Of a DNA stretch of 64,000 bases, positions 11,047-21,333 are shown piece after piece (the first letter of the stretch is position 1; every line of letters begins with the position of its first letter). Under the pieces are notes generated by a model. The model made no database searches and was not told the origin of the DNA. It saw only the letters and a list, made by a program, of their open reading frames with translations. The translations under genes and the position numbers were made by a program. Source of the DNA: an uncultured Poribacteria bacterium (GTDB lineage Bacteria > Poribacteria > WGA-4E > WGA-3G); the NCBI GenBank assembly GCA_951813565.1, contig OX638351.1, positions 3,680,001-3,744,000 of the forward strand. The letters are read 5' to 3'.

Positions 11047-11865
11047 ATGAAAATTATCGACCCGCATGTTCACGTCTGGAAAAACGATCCAAGATTCCCA
11101 TGGGCACCCAATAGAAGAAATCCACCTGCAGAGGATGCTGCACCTGAAATGTTACTTGAATTAATGGAAGCGAACGGTGTTGAAAGAACTGTCCTCGTAC
11201 AGGTTATCCACTATCTATGGGATAATAGTTATGCTGCGGATGCTATGAAAAGATACCCTGACAAATTTATGGGTGTTTGTAGAATTAACCCTGAAGACCC
11301 GGATGCCCCGGATCATCTCAGTCGCTGGACAGAGGAGGAAAGCTTTCATGGCGTGCGTTTGAGTCCCTCTGTCGGTTCTGATGGAGATTGGTTTGCTGGC
11401 CCATTGATACCGCCTATCTTTAGCCGCGCAGAATCTCTCGGTGTGCCGATGCTACTCCTTACAAGAGCGGAGCGGTTAGTTGACCTTGTACCGCTTTTAG
11501 AACAACACCCTGACCTTGATGTCGTAATTGACCACATGGCAGACTGTTCCCCTGACGATCCAGAAAAACTGCAGTTATTGCTCAATCTCGCTCGGTTTCC
11601 TCGCGTTTATGTCAAGATTAGCCATACGTGGTCTATTTCCAAGGTGAGTTATCCGTGGGCAGACACACATGAACTGGTTAAAGAGGTATATCATACCTTC
11701 GGTGGATCACGCATAATGTGGGGAACGGATTGGCCCGTCTGTTTAAGTCGCGCGACTTACGCGCAAACGCTATCTGTTGTCCGTGATGAAATGGATTTCT
11801 TCACACCTGAAGATAGAGAGTGGGTGTTAGGAAAAACTGCACTACAACTCTGGCAGTTTGCTTAA
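11047..11865 (+). CDS. Amidohydrolase_2 family protein
   Basis: IIDPHVH, VIDH, MWGTDWP. Confidence 0.9.
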   Translation: MKIIDPHVHVWKNDPRFPWAPNRRNPPAEDAAPEMLLELMEANGVERTVLVQVIHYLWDNSYAADAMKRYPDKFMGVCRINPEDPDAPDHLSRWTEEESFHGVRLSPSVGSDGDWFAGPLIPPIFSRAESLGVPMLLLTRAERLVDLVPLLEQHPDLDVVIDHMADCSPDDPEKLQLLLNLARFPRVYVKISHTWSISKVSYPWADTHELVKEVYHTFGGSRIMWGTDWPVCLSRATYAQTLSVVRDEMDFFTPEDREWVLGKTALQLWQFA

Positions 11866-12489
11866 CAGCGGCTTTCAATTTACATGTTTTTTATCCGTTC
11901 AAGTTGTAAAGTCGCGATTCGGAGATCGCTCCTACAGAAAGAGATCGCGATTCGGAGATCGTTCCTACAGATGCAGGTTGTGATCCGGAGATCGTTCCTC
12001 CTTAAAAAGTTACCATACGGTATGTTTTTTCATACCATGGTAACTTTTCTAAATTCGCTATAACACCAGTTCCTGTATGGGTTTATAGGTGTTTTTCTTG
12101 TTTTCAATAAATTTTAATTTTTCTATTACCCATCTGTATTGAGAATTTACGGTTTCCTCTTGTTGTAGATATTTGATTTGATAAGTTTTGCGTTGTCGTC
12201 TTGCATTTGGATAGTTGTTTGCGATTTTCAGGGTATCTGATTGTTTTGTGTTTGGGATCGGTTTTGTTTTTCATACTGATATTATACCTAATTCTGTGTG
12301 GTGATCAGAAGTTTTTGTGGTTTGCCGGACAATAGATATCCAATATATTTACAATAAGTTTGCCGGAAAAGTTGGGATTGACGCGATGAATTGCACATGG
12401 TGAATGTGCGTCCGACATTCACATTAAACGCTTCTGTTGTTAAATCGGTCGGACCAAGCCCTCCTAAAAGAGTGCTTGGTGGCAATTGA

Positions 12490-12747
12490 ATGGCTCTGTA
12501 CTCCCAATATATTTCTCTTGACAACCATACCGTTTCATGGCAAAATCCAACCCAAAAAACCAAACGGAGAAATCTATATCACATCCCGAATGAAATTCAA
12601 GAAAAGGTGCTTGAATCCTTTCGTTTACGCAAGCGCGTCAAAGACCTCTTGGAATATGCCAAATGCGCAGTTGAAATTGCAATTGAGCAGGACGAACAGA
12701 CCGCTATAAACTGGTTGGATTCTGTTTCATATGAGACTGATATTTAA
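12490..12747 (+). pseudogene. C-terminal remnant of a restriction-modification specificity (S) subunit-like protein
   Basis: IQEKVLESFRLRKRVKDLLEYAKCAVEIAIEQDEQTAINWL resembles S-subunit C-termini; no intact upstream part. Confidence 0.55.
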
Positions 12748-12838
12748 AGTTTAAGGAATAAGGTATATTTGCAATTTTTATCTTGTTATGATAGAATCTG
12801 TATAATACTTGTTGCAACGCCAATACCTGAAGAGTGTC

Positions 12839-13182
12839 ATGATAGAGATTGAAAATAGCATACTCAGAAATCTGGAGGCTCATCGGATTCAAAGAGAAGA
12901 GACCCAAAGAGAATTGAGTAGGGTTGAGTCACGCTTTGAAAATCGGATTAGTGAGGTTAAAATGGATTTTGGAAAAGACATCACACAAGTCAGTGGAGAG
13001 GTTGCACAAGTTAAAACGGACATGAAAAAAGACATCAGGGAAGTCCAAATAGACCTTAGAGATGACATCAAGGCATAAGAGCACACATTACGGCATTAAC
13101 TGTTCTCGGCGTTACAAGTCTTCTTACACTGATAGGTCTCATTATTACCGTATTACTAAATAATATTCAACATAGGAGATGA
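12839..13182 (+). pseudogene. Coiled-coil protein with C-terminal TM (DUF1640/CCDC90/Bdr-like), frameshifted near 13071
   Basis: 11-residue-like coiled repeats; the -1 frame continues GIRAHITALTVLGVTSLLTLIGLIITVLLNNIQHRR* and ends directly before the next ATG. Confidence 0.65.
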
Positions 13183-13485
13183 ATGATGTCCGAAAAAGCA
13201 CCTGGCTTTGAAGAATACACCCCATCCCGGTTAGAATGGTTAGCAATGATGTTAAATTCATTTTTGCCATATACGAACATACCACTTACCGGAACACTTA
13301 AGTATGATATTTGTTCCAGGGGCGATGGAAAAACGCTTATATTAAGGGTACGTTATTCTAAAGACACAGACTCTGAGATAGTGCAACAATACATAGAGAA
13401 TGGGAAGTTAAGCGTTAAAGAATTTGCCGCTATATATAAATGGGATTCTTGGGTTCAGATTCAAGTGGAACGCGATGCTGAGTAA
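13183..13485 (+). CDS. Hypothetical protein
   Basis: AGGAG RBS, 100-aa ORF. Confidence 0.7.
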   Translation: MMSEKAPGFEEYTPSRLEWLAMMLNSFLPYTNIPLTGTLKYDICSRGDGKTLILRVRYSKDTDSEIVQQYIENGKLSVKEFAAIYKWDSWVQIQVERDAE

Positions 13486-13506
13486 ATAATCCATGAGGAG
13501 AAAATT

Positions 13507-13854
13507 ATGCCGTTTTGTCCGCAATGCAAAACTGAATATGGGGAAGATGTCTTGACTTGTTCAGAATGTCAGGAGGATCTTCTTCCTGGCTTAGTTCCTG
13601 CACAAGTTCCGGAGGCAGTTGACTGGTACGTTGTCCAATCTGTACCGAATGAAGTCGCCGGACATATCCTCAAAAGTGTGTTAGAGGATGAAGGGATTGA
13701 TGTCTATTTGCGAACTCATGAAATGCCAGCTCTCGGTGGAATAAAAGGTAACGTTGGCAAGTCTGAATGTGGAGATATTCTTGTACCAGGTTTTAGTGTG
13801 CAACGGGCCCGGGAATGTCTCAAAGCATATTTCGATTCGCTGAAAGAAGCTTAG
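13507..13854 (+). CDS. Zinc-ribbon plus DUF2007 (putative signal-transducing) protein
   Basis: MPFCPQC..EY...C..C...L; A.ILKSVLEDEGI; GAGGAG RBS. Confidence 0.8.
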   Translation: MPFCPQCKTEYGEDVLTCSECQEDLLPGLVPAQVPEAVDWYVVQSVPNEVAGHILKSVLEDEGIDVYLRTHEMPALGGIKGNVGKSECGDILVPGFSVQRARECLKAYFDSLKEA

Positions 13855-13930
13855 CATTCGTAGAAAGGTCCCATAGCGTATGGGTAATATGCTGCTATGC
13901 AGGCAAAGCAAATCTACCTTATCTAAGACA

Positions 13931-14113
13931 ATGAAACCTCATATTGATACGAGCGGAAAAGTTTACGTTAATGGATACCGTCGATGTGGTGGTACTTACG
14001 TCAAACCCTATTGGCGAAAGCAGCCAACGAGACAGATTGGTGCGCGTAAACATGTCCCAATAAGGAAAGAGCAACTTGCACTTTTTAAATTAAGTGTTCC
14101 GTTAGATAAGTAA
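13931..14113 (+). CDS. Small basic protein with V-x-GY-x-R-x-x-GTYV-x-P-x-x-R motif
   Basis: VYVNGYRRCGGTYVKPYWRK matches a recurrent short basic module; short ORF. Confidence 0.45.
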   Translation: MKPHIDTSGKVYVNGYRRCGGTYVKPYWRKQPTRQIGARKHVPIRKEQLALFKLSVPLDK

Positions 14114-14154
14114 GCAAATATTAAAAATATATCAAAAATCTATTAGGATAAATT

Positions 14155-15375
14155 ATGACGTGTTTTTTGCGAAGCTTGCAAGTTGCCTATCTCACTTCGC
14201 GTCGCTTGCAAGCTGCAACAATATTACTGTTTTTGATTACAAGCACCTCGCTCTTTGGTGATGTTTACCGCATTAAGAAAGGGGATAGCCTATTAATTGC
14301 AGTAATTGGACAGCCAGAATATTCACAGTCGGTGATGGTTCGAGAAGATGGACGAATTAGTTACTTCGGCGGCGATTTGCAGGTTGCTGGAAAAACAACT
14401 GAAGAAGTTAATCGGATTATCCAAAACTTTCTATTAAAAGAGAGCCTTGTTAATAATCCGGTAATTATGGTCTCTCCGATATCTCAAGAGAATAGTGTCT
14501 ATGTCGGCGGCGCGGTAACCACTCCTGGCCGCTATGGTATATCCCCAGAAACTGATATTGACTTATCTCGCGCAATCGCTCTCGCTGGTGGGATGACAGA
14601 GAACGCTGACGTTCAACAGGTTCAATTAATACGTTTTAATGCTATTACACAACAAGAAAAAATCACTCAGAACACTCCTTCAGAAGATGGAACTGAGAAA
14701 AAACCTGCCGCACCTATTGAAACTTACGACCTGTCAACAAACCAACCTTACCGTGATATTCGTGTAAATACCAACGATTTGGTGTTTGTAATGCCGCTCA
14801 GTGTAATTGAAGTCCAAGGGGAAGTAAAGACGTCAGGAAAACTATTTATCCGAGAAAAAATCAGCATAGCTGATGCATTAGCAAGAGCTGGCGGATTCAC
14901 TGAGGCGGCTGATTTGACTGTCCTGGTGAAAATTAATAAGGAAGGTATACTCACTGAATTGAGTGTCACCGAACAATTTTGGAAACCGACTGATAAAAAC
15001 GGGACAGAAATCTCTCTATCCGATGGTGACGTTCTATTTGTTCCGAATGCGTTTAAAATAGAACCTATTTATGTCACAGGTTATGTGCGTACACCCGGTG
15101 CGCAACGCGTTCGAGGTCCGCTGACGTTACAGAAAGCAATTGCATTGGCAGGAGGCCTTGACAAAGAAGCAAACCGAGAAAAGTTTCATATCCATCGCCA
15201 CGATGGCACAACTACAGAACATCTTTTGAAACCCGGCACAGACACTACTTTACTCTATCCTGGTGACATCTTGGAGATACATAAGCGGTTTCAACTGAAT
15301 TGGGGATTGATTAGCACCATATCCTCTACTGTTATTGCAATAACATATTTCATCGTTAACCTAACTGGCGACTAA
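14155..15375 (+). CDS. Polysaccharide export (Wza-like) protein with SLBB domains
   Basis: Y.I..GD.L.I.V, VREDGRIS, three V.G.V..PG / A.A.AGG SLBB repeats, C-terminal hydrophobic helix. Confidence 0.85.
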   Translation: MTCFLRSLQVAYLTSRRLQAATILLFLITSTSLFGDVYRIKKGDSLLIAVIGQPEYSQSVMVREDGRISYFGGDLQVAGKTTEEVNRIIQNFLLKESLVNNPVIMVSPISQENSVYVGGAVTTPGRYGISPETDIDLSRAIALAGGMTENADVQQVQLIRFNAITQQEKITQNTPSEDGTEKKPAAPIETYDLSTNQPYRDIRVNTNDLVFVMPLSVIEVQGEVKTSGKLFIREKISIADALARAGGFTEAADLTVLVKINKEGILTELSVTEQFWKPTDKNGTEISLSDGDVLFVPNAFKIEPIYVTGYVRTPGAQRVRGPLTLQKAIALAGGLDKEANREKFHIHRHDGTTTEHLLKPGTDTTLLYPGDILEIHKRFQLNWGLISTISSTVIAITYFIVNLTGD

Positions 15376-15409
15376 TGCTACGTGCTTTCTCACAAATCGC
15401 TGGTGGTGT

Positions 15410-17230
15410 TTAGGAAATGACTAATAGTTTGCCTTGTTGTGGGTCAAAGGTCCGATTCAGATACGTCTTTCCGTTCGCTTTCCAAAAAGTTAACGGTATC
15501 TGTTCTCCTGTCTGTAAAAGCCACTCTTCAACCACTTGTGCTTCACCATCTATCTCGACCAATGTTTCAATCTGCTTTTCTCTGGTGTTGAACAGATAAA
15601 ACGTTTGGTATTTTCCATGCGTTCTGTGATGTACCCGCAATGTTTCCGTTGGTTGTTTCTTCTGCTCTGTATAAATAGAAATGGTTGGCGTAATCCATTT
15701 ACTGAGAAATTTCCTGAGATCCGTTTCCCTTTCTCCTTGCGGACCATCTAATATAGTGGTACGGTGTTTGTAAATTAGGCGTTCCAGTAGATACGGTTCA
15801 AGTCCAACTCGTCCATTAAGTAAGTACGGGATAGGTGCGTTGACAATAAGTCTTCCTTTTGCTTTCAAAAATTCTGTTAAACGTTGTACAGTCATTTCGT
15901 GCAAGGATAGGCAACTGGGAAGTAGCACAAGACGATATTTCTTTCCATTGAGACAGATCACTCCTTCCTTGTTTTCTACGGTGGCATCAAAGAGTTGTGC
16001 TTCAGAGACAATATCAAAATCATAACCCATGTTCCACACTGTCTGGCACAGCCACGCCCAGGCTTTTGTTATGCTGTTCCAATGTTGTTCTTCTGGTTTC
16101 ATCCAGAGACTCTGCGTTGGTGATAACATTAAAATTGGACGTTTTGGATGCCCAACCTGCAACAATTGGACAAAAGAGTCATGTGGATAGGTATCGGAAT
16201 GGTTCTGCCCCACGCGATTTGCTACCCACTGATTAAATCCGAGGGTAGCATCACTGAGGGATTCGGAAGATGTGTGTGTCTCTTTTCTGAAAATTCCGGC
16301 ATGCTGTGTATTACTACACATCGACTTAGCAACAACAAAACGCCTCGGCGTGTCCAACTCCGATGTAATGAGAATTGAACAATCCGCTTGCTCCAAAAGT
16401 GTCCCCAATTCATATTGTAGTGACCTTGCACTTTCTGTTAGTGTTACCGCTAACCTTAAGTTGTGCTGATGACAGAAATTTTTTATTCCTCCCAAGAAAC
16501 ACTTCGCAAATTGTGATGTCAATTCTTGCCAGAAAACACTTCTGATAACTGACGAATTATAGGTTTCAGTAAAAAGAATAGGTAGGAAACTTCCACGCTC
16601 GCCCGAGGAAGTTCTGTGATTATCTTTGAAGTTTTCTTCTTTAATTCGCTCCAGTAGCGTGCCACTCCATGGTACTGATGTTGCATCCGCTTCAAGCACA
16701 GATAAGAAACGTGGCAGTTCAATAGCAAAACCGATTACGGCATCTGTGCCATAAGACTCTACATAACTTGTTAGAACCCGTTTTACAAAGGTTTTAACAC
16801 CAGAGTCGCTAAGTAAGTCATCAGTGTTTTCTTCAGACTGATAAATGTAAAGAATTGTTCTACCACGTAACCGTTCTGCGACTGAAATGTCCTTTGCTAT
16901 ACAACGTTGAATGTAATCAGTGATGTTATAAAATAACGCATCTGTATGTGGTTCTGCAACCAGATAGAATTGATTAAAAAATGCCTCATCGTTTTCATAA
17001 ACATTTCGTAAGTATCCTTGGATAGATGCAGCTGTTTCTGATGCCTTAAAATGAAACTCTATAACCCGTAGTCGGTACCGCGTCTGAATTATTGCAGAAT
17101 CCAATTGGATCCATGCCTGCTTTCTAAACCGAGCAAGTTTGGCTAACGCATCTTGATGTGCTTTTGATTTTTCTATACTTGGATAAGATAGCAAAGCACC
17201 GTTTGGAATATAGGTGAAATTCGTTTTCAC
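15410..17230 (-). CDS. Divergent glycoside-hydrolase-associated protein (GH106/GH42-like GATase trimerisation domain in the C-terminal half)
   Basis: GYDFDIVSE, YRLVLLPSC, L.EF...G.LI, FYLFN; N-terminal part not recognisable. Confidence 0.5.
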   Translation of the reverse strand: MKTNFTYIPNGALLSYPSIEKSKAHQDALAKLARFRKQAWIQLDSAIIQTRYRLRVIEFHFKASETAASIQGYLRNVYENDEAFFNQFYLVAEPHTDALFYNITDYIQRCIAKDISVAERLRGRTILYIYQSEENTDDLLSDSGVKTFVKRVLTSYVESYGTDAVIGFAIELPRFLSVLEADATSVPWSGTLLERIKEENFKDNHRTSSGERGSFLPILFTETYNSSVIRSVFWQELTSQFAKCFLGGIKNFCHQHNLRLAVTLTESARSLQYELGTLLEQADCSILITSELDTPRRFVVAKSMCSNTQHAGIFRKETHTSSESLSDATLGFNQWVANRVGQNHSDTYPHDSFVQLLQVGHPKRPILMLSPTQSLWMKPEEQHWNSITKAWAWLCQTVWNMGYDFDIVSEAQLFDATVENKEGVICLNGKKYRLVLLPSCLSLHEMTVQRLTEFLKAKGRLIVNAPIPYLLNGRVGLEPYLLERLIYKHRTTILDGPQGERETDLRKFLSKWITPTISIYTEQKKQPTETLRVHHRTHGKYQTFYLFNTREKQIETLVEIDGEAQVVEEWLLQTGEQIPLTFWKANGKTYLNRTFDPQQGKLLVIS

Positions 17231-17417
17231 AACTGATATATCTCCAAGAAATTTGCATATTTGTTGGTTTTGTAGTATACTTTAGAATATGTATTGATTG
17301 GAATCTGTTGCCATTTTAACACGTTTTGTTGACAGATGCAATGCGTTAGTTGTCAACTTGCAAATTCCGTTTGTGGTGAAATACAAAATATAAACAGCTA
17401 CCGGTAGGCGCGCTTTG

Positions 17418-17531
17418 ATGAAGTTAAAAAAAATAAATCGGTAATTTAGCGAGGTTAGAAAACCTCGCCAGCAGCGGGCACATCTGCCTCGTGCGGACAG
17501 AAAATTACCGAAAGAATAAGTTAATCTTCAT
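17418..17531. mobile_element. MITE with ATGAAG...CTTCAT termini inserted in a GTAGGCGCG REP-like palindrome
   Basis: atgaagttaa..tcggtaattt / aaattaccga..ttaatcttcat imperfect ~30-bp IRs; same right end at about 26262-26289. Confidence 0.6.
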
Positions 17532-17604
17532 GTAAGCGCTCAGTAAAGTGTATCGTTAATCATAAATCTGCTATATCGTTTGTAGTTATATATTCATTTT
17601 GAAA

Positions 17605-18846
17605 ATGAGAATTTTAGAGAACCTAATCACAGCATTTTCAGCACTTCGGGCAAGCAAACTCCGTACAATTCTGACGCTCTTAGGGATTACAATCGGAATT
17701 GCAGGTGTGATAGCGATGATGTCGTTAGGTGCTGGCGCCGAAAAACTCATCATGTTGGAATTTGAAAAGATTGGCGGGCCCAGTATGTTTGGTGTCTATC
17801 GTCCAGGAATGATTAGGCGTAATCATCGATGGCAACGCAACACAAGCCCACATTATCTAAATATGACGGATCTACGCGATATTATAGAACAGTGTCCATC
17901 CGTTGAAGTTGCCACCGTGGAAGGCAGTTATTACATCAACTTTGATATTGAGGGAAAACACCGACCTACCTACATGCGTGCAACCACAGTTGAATATCAA
18001 GCAGTTCGCCAATGGCATACCGAAGTAGGTAGATTTCTCGCCGATACAGACATGGACCTCTGGAATAAGGTTTGTGTCATCGGTTCACGAGTTTGGAAAG
18101 AACAGTTCAAGGGGATGGATCCGATCGGGAAAGAAGTTGGAATCAATAACAAACGTTTTACTGTTATCGGAATTATGGAAAGCCGCGGTCCAGGGTTAGA
18201 GGCAGGCAAAAGTGACGATAATATGATTTTCATTCCGATTACAACTGCCCAAACTCGGTTTTGGGGACATGATAACGTTGGACACATTATGGTTCGTGCA
18301 AAAAGTCCGCTTGTGGTAGACCAAGCGGTTAAAGAGGTGCAAACCGTAATTAGACGCAACCACGGTGGGGACGACACCTTTTTTAGAACATGGCAAGCGC
18401 AAAAAGGCATTGAAAGCGCGAAAAAGACGATCTTTATTATTGAGTTGGTGTTAGTTATTATTGCTTCTGTTTCGTTGATTGTTGGCGGCATCGGTATTCT
18501 AAATATTATGCTCGTTTCGGTTACAGAGCGAATACCGGAGATTGGATTACGAAAAGCTGTCGGTGCAAAAAACTACCAAATTCGGTTCCAATTTCTAACG
18601 GAATCGATCCTCCTATGTCTCATTGGCAGTTTGCTCGGTATTGCCTTAGGAGCATTAGTCGGACAAGGTTTTGCGTGGGCAGTCGGCAAATTCATGAGGG
18701 GAATGATCGGATGGCCTTCTGTTGTCACCATAAAATCTGTGCTTATTTCTGTTGCAGCAGGTACTGCTGTTGGCATATTTTTCGGTTATTACCCCGCCAG
18801 TCAAGCAGCAAAATTAAGTCCAATTGATGCTATCCGACATACATAG
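17605..18846 (+). CDS. MacB/FtsX-family ABC transporter permease
   Basis: LRT.LT.LGI.IG, GGIGI.NIMLVSVTER..EIGLRKAVGA, PA..AA.L.PI.A.R. Confidence 0.93.
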   Translation: MRILENLITAFSALRASKLRTILTLLGITIGIAGVIAMMSLGAGAEKLIMLEFEKIGGPSMFGVYRPGMIRRNHRWQRNTSPHYLNMTDLRDIIEQCPSVEVATVEGSYYINFDIEGKHRPTYMRATTVEYQAVRQWHTEVGRFLADTDMDLWNKVCVIGSRVWKEQFKGMDPIGKEVGINNKRFTVIGIMESRGPGLEAGKSDDNMIFIPITTAQTRFWGHDNVGHIMVRAKSPLVVDQAVKEVQTVIRRNHGGDDTFFRTWQAQKGIESAKKTIFIIELVLVIIASVSLIVGGIGILNIMLVSVTERIPEIGLRKAVGAKNYQIRFQFLTESILLCLIGSLLGIALGALVGQGFAWAVGKFMRGMIGWPSVVTIKSVLISVAAGTAVGIFFGYYPASQAAKLSPIDAIRHT

Positions 18847-19030
18847 TAATACCTGTTTTGACTGATGATTCTCATTAACAAAAGACGCGTTTGTAGTCGA
18901 GCAATTCATTGCGCCTCTTCCTGTGAATCAACGCCAAATAAGTGTTTGGTATTTGTCGGGAGCGAGTTCCAGCTCGCGACTTTACCGAGAAATGGCAAAA
19001 AACGCGGAAACTAAATAGCCTTATGGATGC

Positions 19031-19852
19031 ATGAATGGAACAAGAGCCGTGGAAAAACTTGGCATTATCGCAGGAGCAGGTGAACTTCCAATCCTTGTTG
19101 CGAAAAACGCGGCAGCACAAGGACGAAAACCGATAATCATACAGATCACAAAAACGGATGAACAACGTTTTACTGAAATACAGTGTGAAGTCCATTCTTA
19201 CGGTGTAGGACAGATCCAGAAAATAACACAGAAACTTCTCGATTTAAACATAAAAGAACTCGTCGTAATTGGAAAAATTGAGCCAAGTATCTTGTTACGT
19301 CCCTTCCAAGTTGATGCAACCGCACTCAAGATTTTGGCACAGAATCGTAGCCAAAGCCCCACCTCACTCGTTTCAGCAGTCCTTGAACACTTTCAAAACG
19401 CGGGACTCTCTATCCTAAATCAAGATCATTTTCTATTTGATTTATTACCTGAACCCGGTGTACTCACAAAACGCAAACCGAATGATGCACAGTGGGACGA
19501 TATAAAAATGGGCATAGCGATAGCACGACAGATAGCGAACCTTGATATTGGACAAACTGTTATCATCAAAAATCAGATTATTCTTGCGATTGAGGCTATT
19601 GAAGGAACAGATGCCACAATTTATAGAGGTGGAGACTTAGGTGGGAAAGGCGTTGTGGTTGCCAAAGCCGCATCTGAAAACCACGATTTTCGTATTGATG
19701 TCCCAACAGTAGGTATGCAAACACTTCAGACACTGCATGCTGTCAAAGGAAGCGTTTTGGCAGTTGAAGCAAGACGAACCTTTGTTATGGAGCCAGAGAT
19801 CCTATTTGAACAGGCTGACCGTTGGAAGATTTCGATTGTTGCTGTGGAATAA
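19031..19852 (+). CDS. lpxI: UDP-2,3-diacylglucosamine diphosphatase LpxI
   Basis: LGIIAGAGELP, DIGQTV, AIEAIEGTD, DFRIDVPTVG. Confidence 0.92.
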   Translation: MNGTRAVEKLGIIAGAGELPILVAKNAAAQGRKPIIIQITKTDEQRFTEIQCEVHSYGVGQIQKITQKLLDLNIKELVVIGKIEPSILLRPFQVDATALKILAQNRSQSPTSLVSAVLEHFQNAGLSILNQDHFLFDLLPEPGVLTKRKPNDAQWDDIKMGIAIARQIANLDIGQTVIIKNQIILAIEAIEGTDATIYRGGDLGGKGVVVAKAASENHDFRIDVPTVGMQTLQTLHAVKGSVLAVEARRTFVMEPEILFEQADRWKISIVAVE

Positions 19853-19911
19853 CGAATTCTAAAAGTTATTTGATAAGATAGGTGTAGACACCATCGGAAT
19901 CTGAATAATAT

Positions 19912-19940
19912 TTGACAAACAAAATCGTATATGGTATTAT
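19912..19940 (+). promoter_or_regulatory. sigma70-type promoter for ferredoxin
   Basis: TTGACA-17-TATTAT with extended -10 TG. Confidence 0.55.
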
Positions 19941-20010
19941 TGAAGTTAGAATAGCCCAACGCTCATGAGGCGAAATTGGTATAAAGTCTAACGAAAGGAG
20001 AATTTATACA

Positions 20011-20274
20011 ATGACTTATGTAATTTGTGAGCCTTGTATTGACCTCAAGGACAACGCTTGTGTTGATGTTTGCCCGGTGGACTGCATTCATCCGCATCCA
20101 ACTGATGCTCCCGACGAATATGAAGAGGTGAATCAACTGTTTATCGACCCCGAAGAATGCATCGATTGTAGTGTGTGTGAACCGGAATGTCCCGTTGAAG
20201 CGATCTTTATGGAAGAAGATGTCCCTGAAGAATGGGAACATTTCACACAAATCAATGCAGATTACTTTCTTTAA
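20011..20274 (+). CDS. FdxA-type (7Fe/8Fe) ferredoxin
   Basis: MTYVI.EPC..KD.ACVDVCPVDCI...IDPEECIDC..CEP.CPV.AI; AAGGAG RBS. Confidence 0.95.
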   Translation: MTYVICEPCIDLKDNACVDVCPVDCIHPHPTDAPDEYEEVNQLFIDPEECIDCSVCEPECPVEAIFMEEDVPEEWEHFTQINADYFL

Positions 20275-20355
20275 TCTCAAAAAGAGGGCGAACGGGTTTG
20301 TTAATTAGGTTTCCTTATCTAACGTCCTGAAAATTAACATCCGTTTTGACTCCAA

Positions 20356-20670
20356 ATGCTGGAATTTCAACCCACCGAAATCAAACGTTTGCCGCATAGT
20401 TTATCAATTCAATGGAAGGATGGACATCGGAGTGAACACACATACCGATTACTCCGAGAGAGTTGTCCGTGTGCACGGTGTGATGCGATAAGACAAGAAA
20501 ATGACCCGTTTAGGATGGTACCATCGGAAGAATATTGGGAAAAATTACATTTGGTGGGGATTCAACGTGTTGGACGCTATGCTATACAGTTAATGTGGAG
20601 CGACGGACACAAGACTGGAATTTATACATTCACCTTTTTACGCGAACTCTCTGACTCAAAGGTTACTTAA
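20356..20670 (+). CDS. DUF971 / GBBH-like N-terminal domain protein
   Basis: W.DGH...LR..CPCA.C...VG.YA....WSDGH.TGIY. Confidence 0.92.
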   Translation: MLEFQPTEIKRLPHSLSIQWKDGHRSEHTYRLLRESCPCARCDAIRQENDPFRMVPSEEYWEKLHLVGIQRVGRYAIQLMWSDGHKTGIYTFTFLRELSDSKVT

Positions 20671-20727
20671 GTCACTTTTCTCGCCTCTTTCAACCTGCCA
20701 GTTTTTTTAATCATGATCAATCTAACA

Positions 20728-21333
20728 TTACTCCTCTAACAACTGGGCAACCAAATAACAGTTAGGTGTTTTCTGAACAGCACCGAGTGCCTCGCTAAGT
20801 TTTTTGCACCTTTGCCAATAGTCGGCATACTTCACAGGTTCATAGTTTTTACGTTGTCCGATGAAAGTTTTTTTACAGCAAGCCAATTCCTTGCCGTTAT
20901 CAATTGGATAGCCCCATACACGACATATCACTGGGCGATGTTCATAAACAGAGCATACTCCACCAATAAGCATCGGACATTCGCCAGAAGTTTTCCCTTT
21001 GACCACTTCAATCGCTTCTATACCTGAATCTTTTATCATATTTTCAGCGGTATAACCCTCCGCTTCTAATACTTTGATAGTCCGCTGTGCTTTTTGACGA
21101 ATATGTTCGCGTATCTGTTTTGGAAGTGCGTCCAATGCGGTTTTGAGATCGCGTGCTTCCACTTCACTAATTGGTATTGTTGAAGTGTTAAGGCAGCATT
21201 GAAAACAATTTGTCGGACAAGGAACCCGACCGTATTCTTCTCGTACCCGTTGCACATCTCTATCAATTTCCGCAACAAGTTCGTGATAGACAGTCATTAC
21301 ATGTTCAATTACCTGTTCAGGTTGCGTTTCCAT
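20728..21333 (-). CDS. YkgJ-family cysteine cluster (CxxCxxCC) protein
   Basis: CPTNCFQCC, CPML...CSVYEHRPVICR; GAGGAG RBS. Confidence 0.88.
   Translation of the reverse strand: METQPEQVIEHVMTVYHELVAEIDRDVQRVREEYGRVPCPTNCFQCCLNTSTIPISEVEARDLKTALDALPKQIREHIRQKAQRTIKVLEAEGYTAENMIKDSGIEAIEVVKGKTSGECPMLIGGVCSVYEHRPVICRVWGYPIDNGKELACCKKTFIGQRKNYEPVKYADYWQRCKKLSEALGAVQKTPNCYLVAQLLEE

Noticed and set aside
11911..12000. Three spaced repeats resembling a mini-CRISPR
   Set aside because: Spacers are only a few bases, copies degenerate, and the unit is the dispersed GTAG REP seen elsewhere
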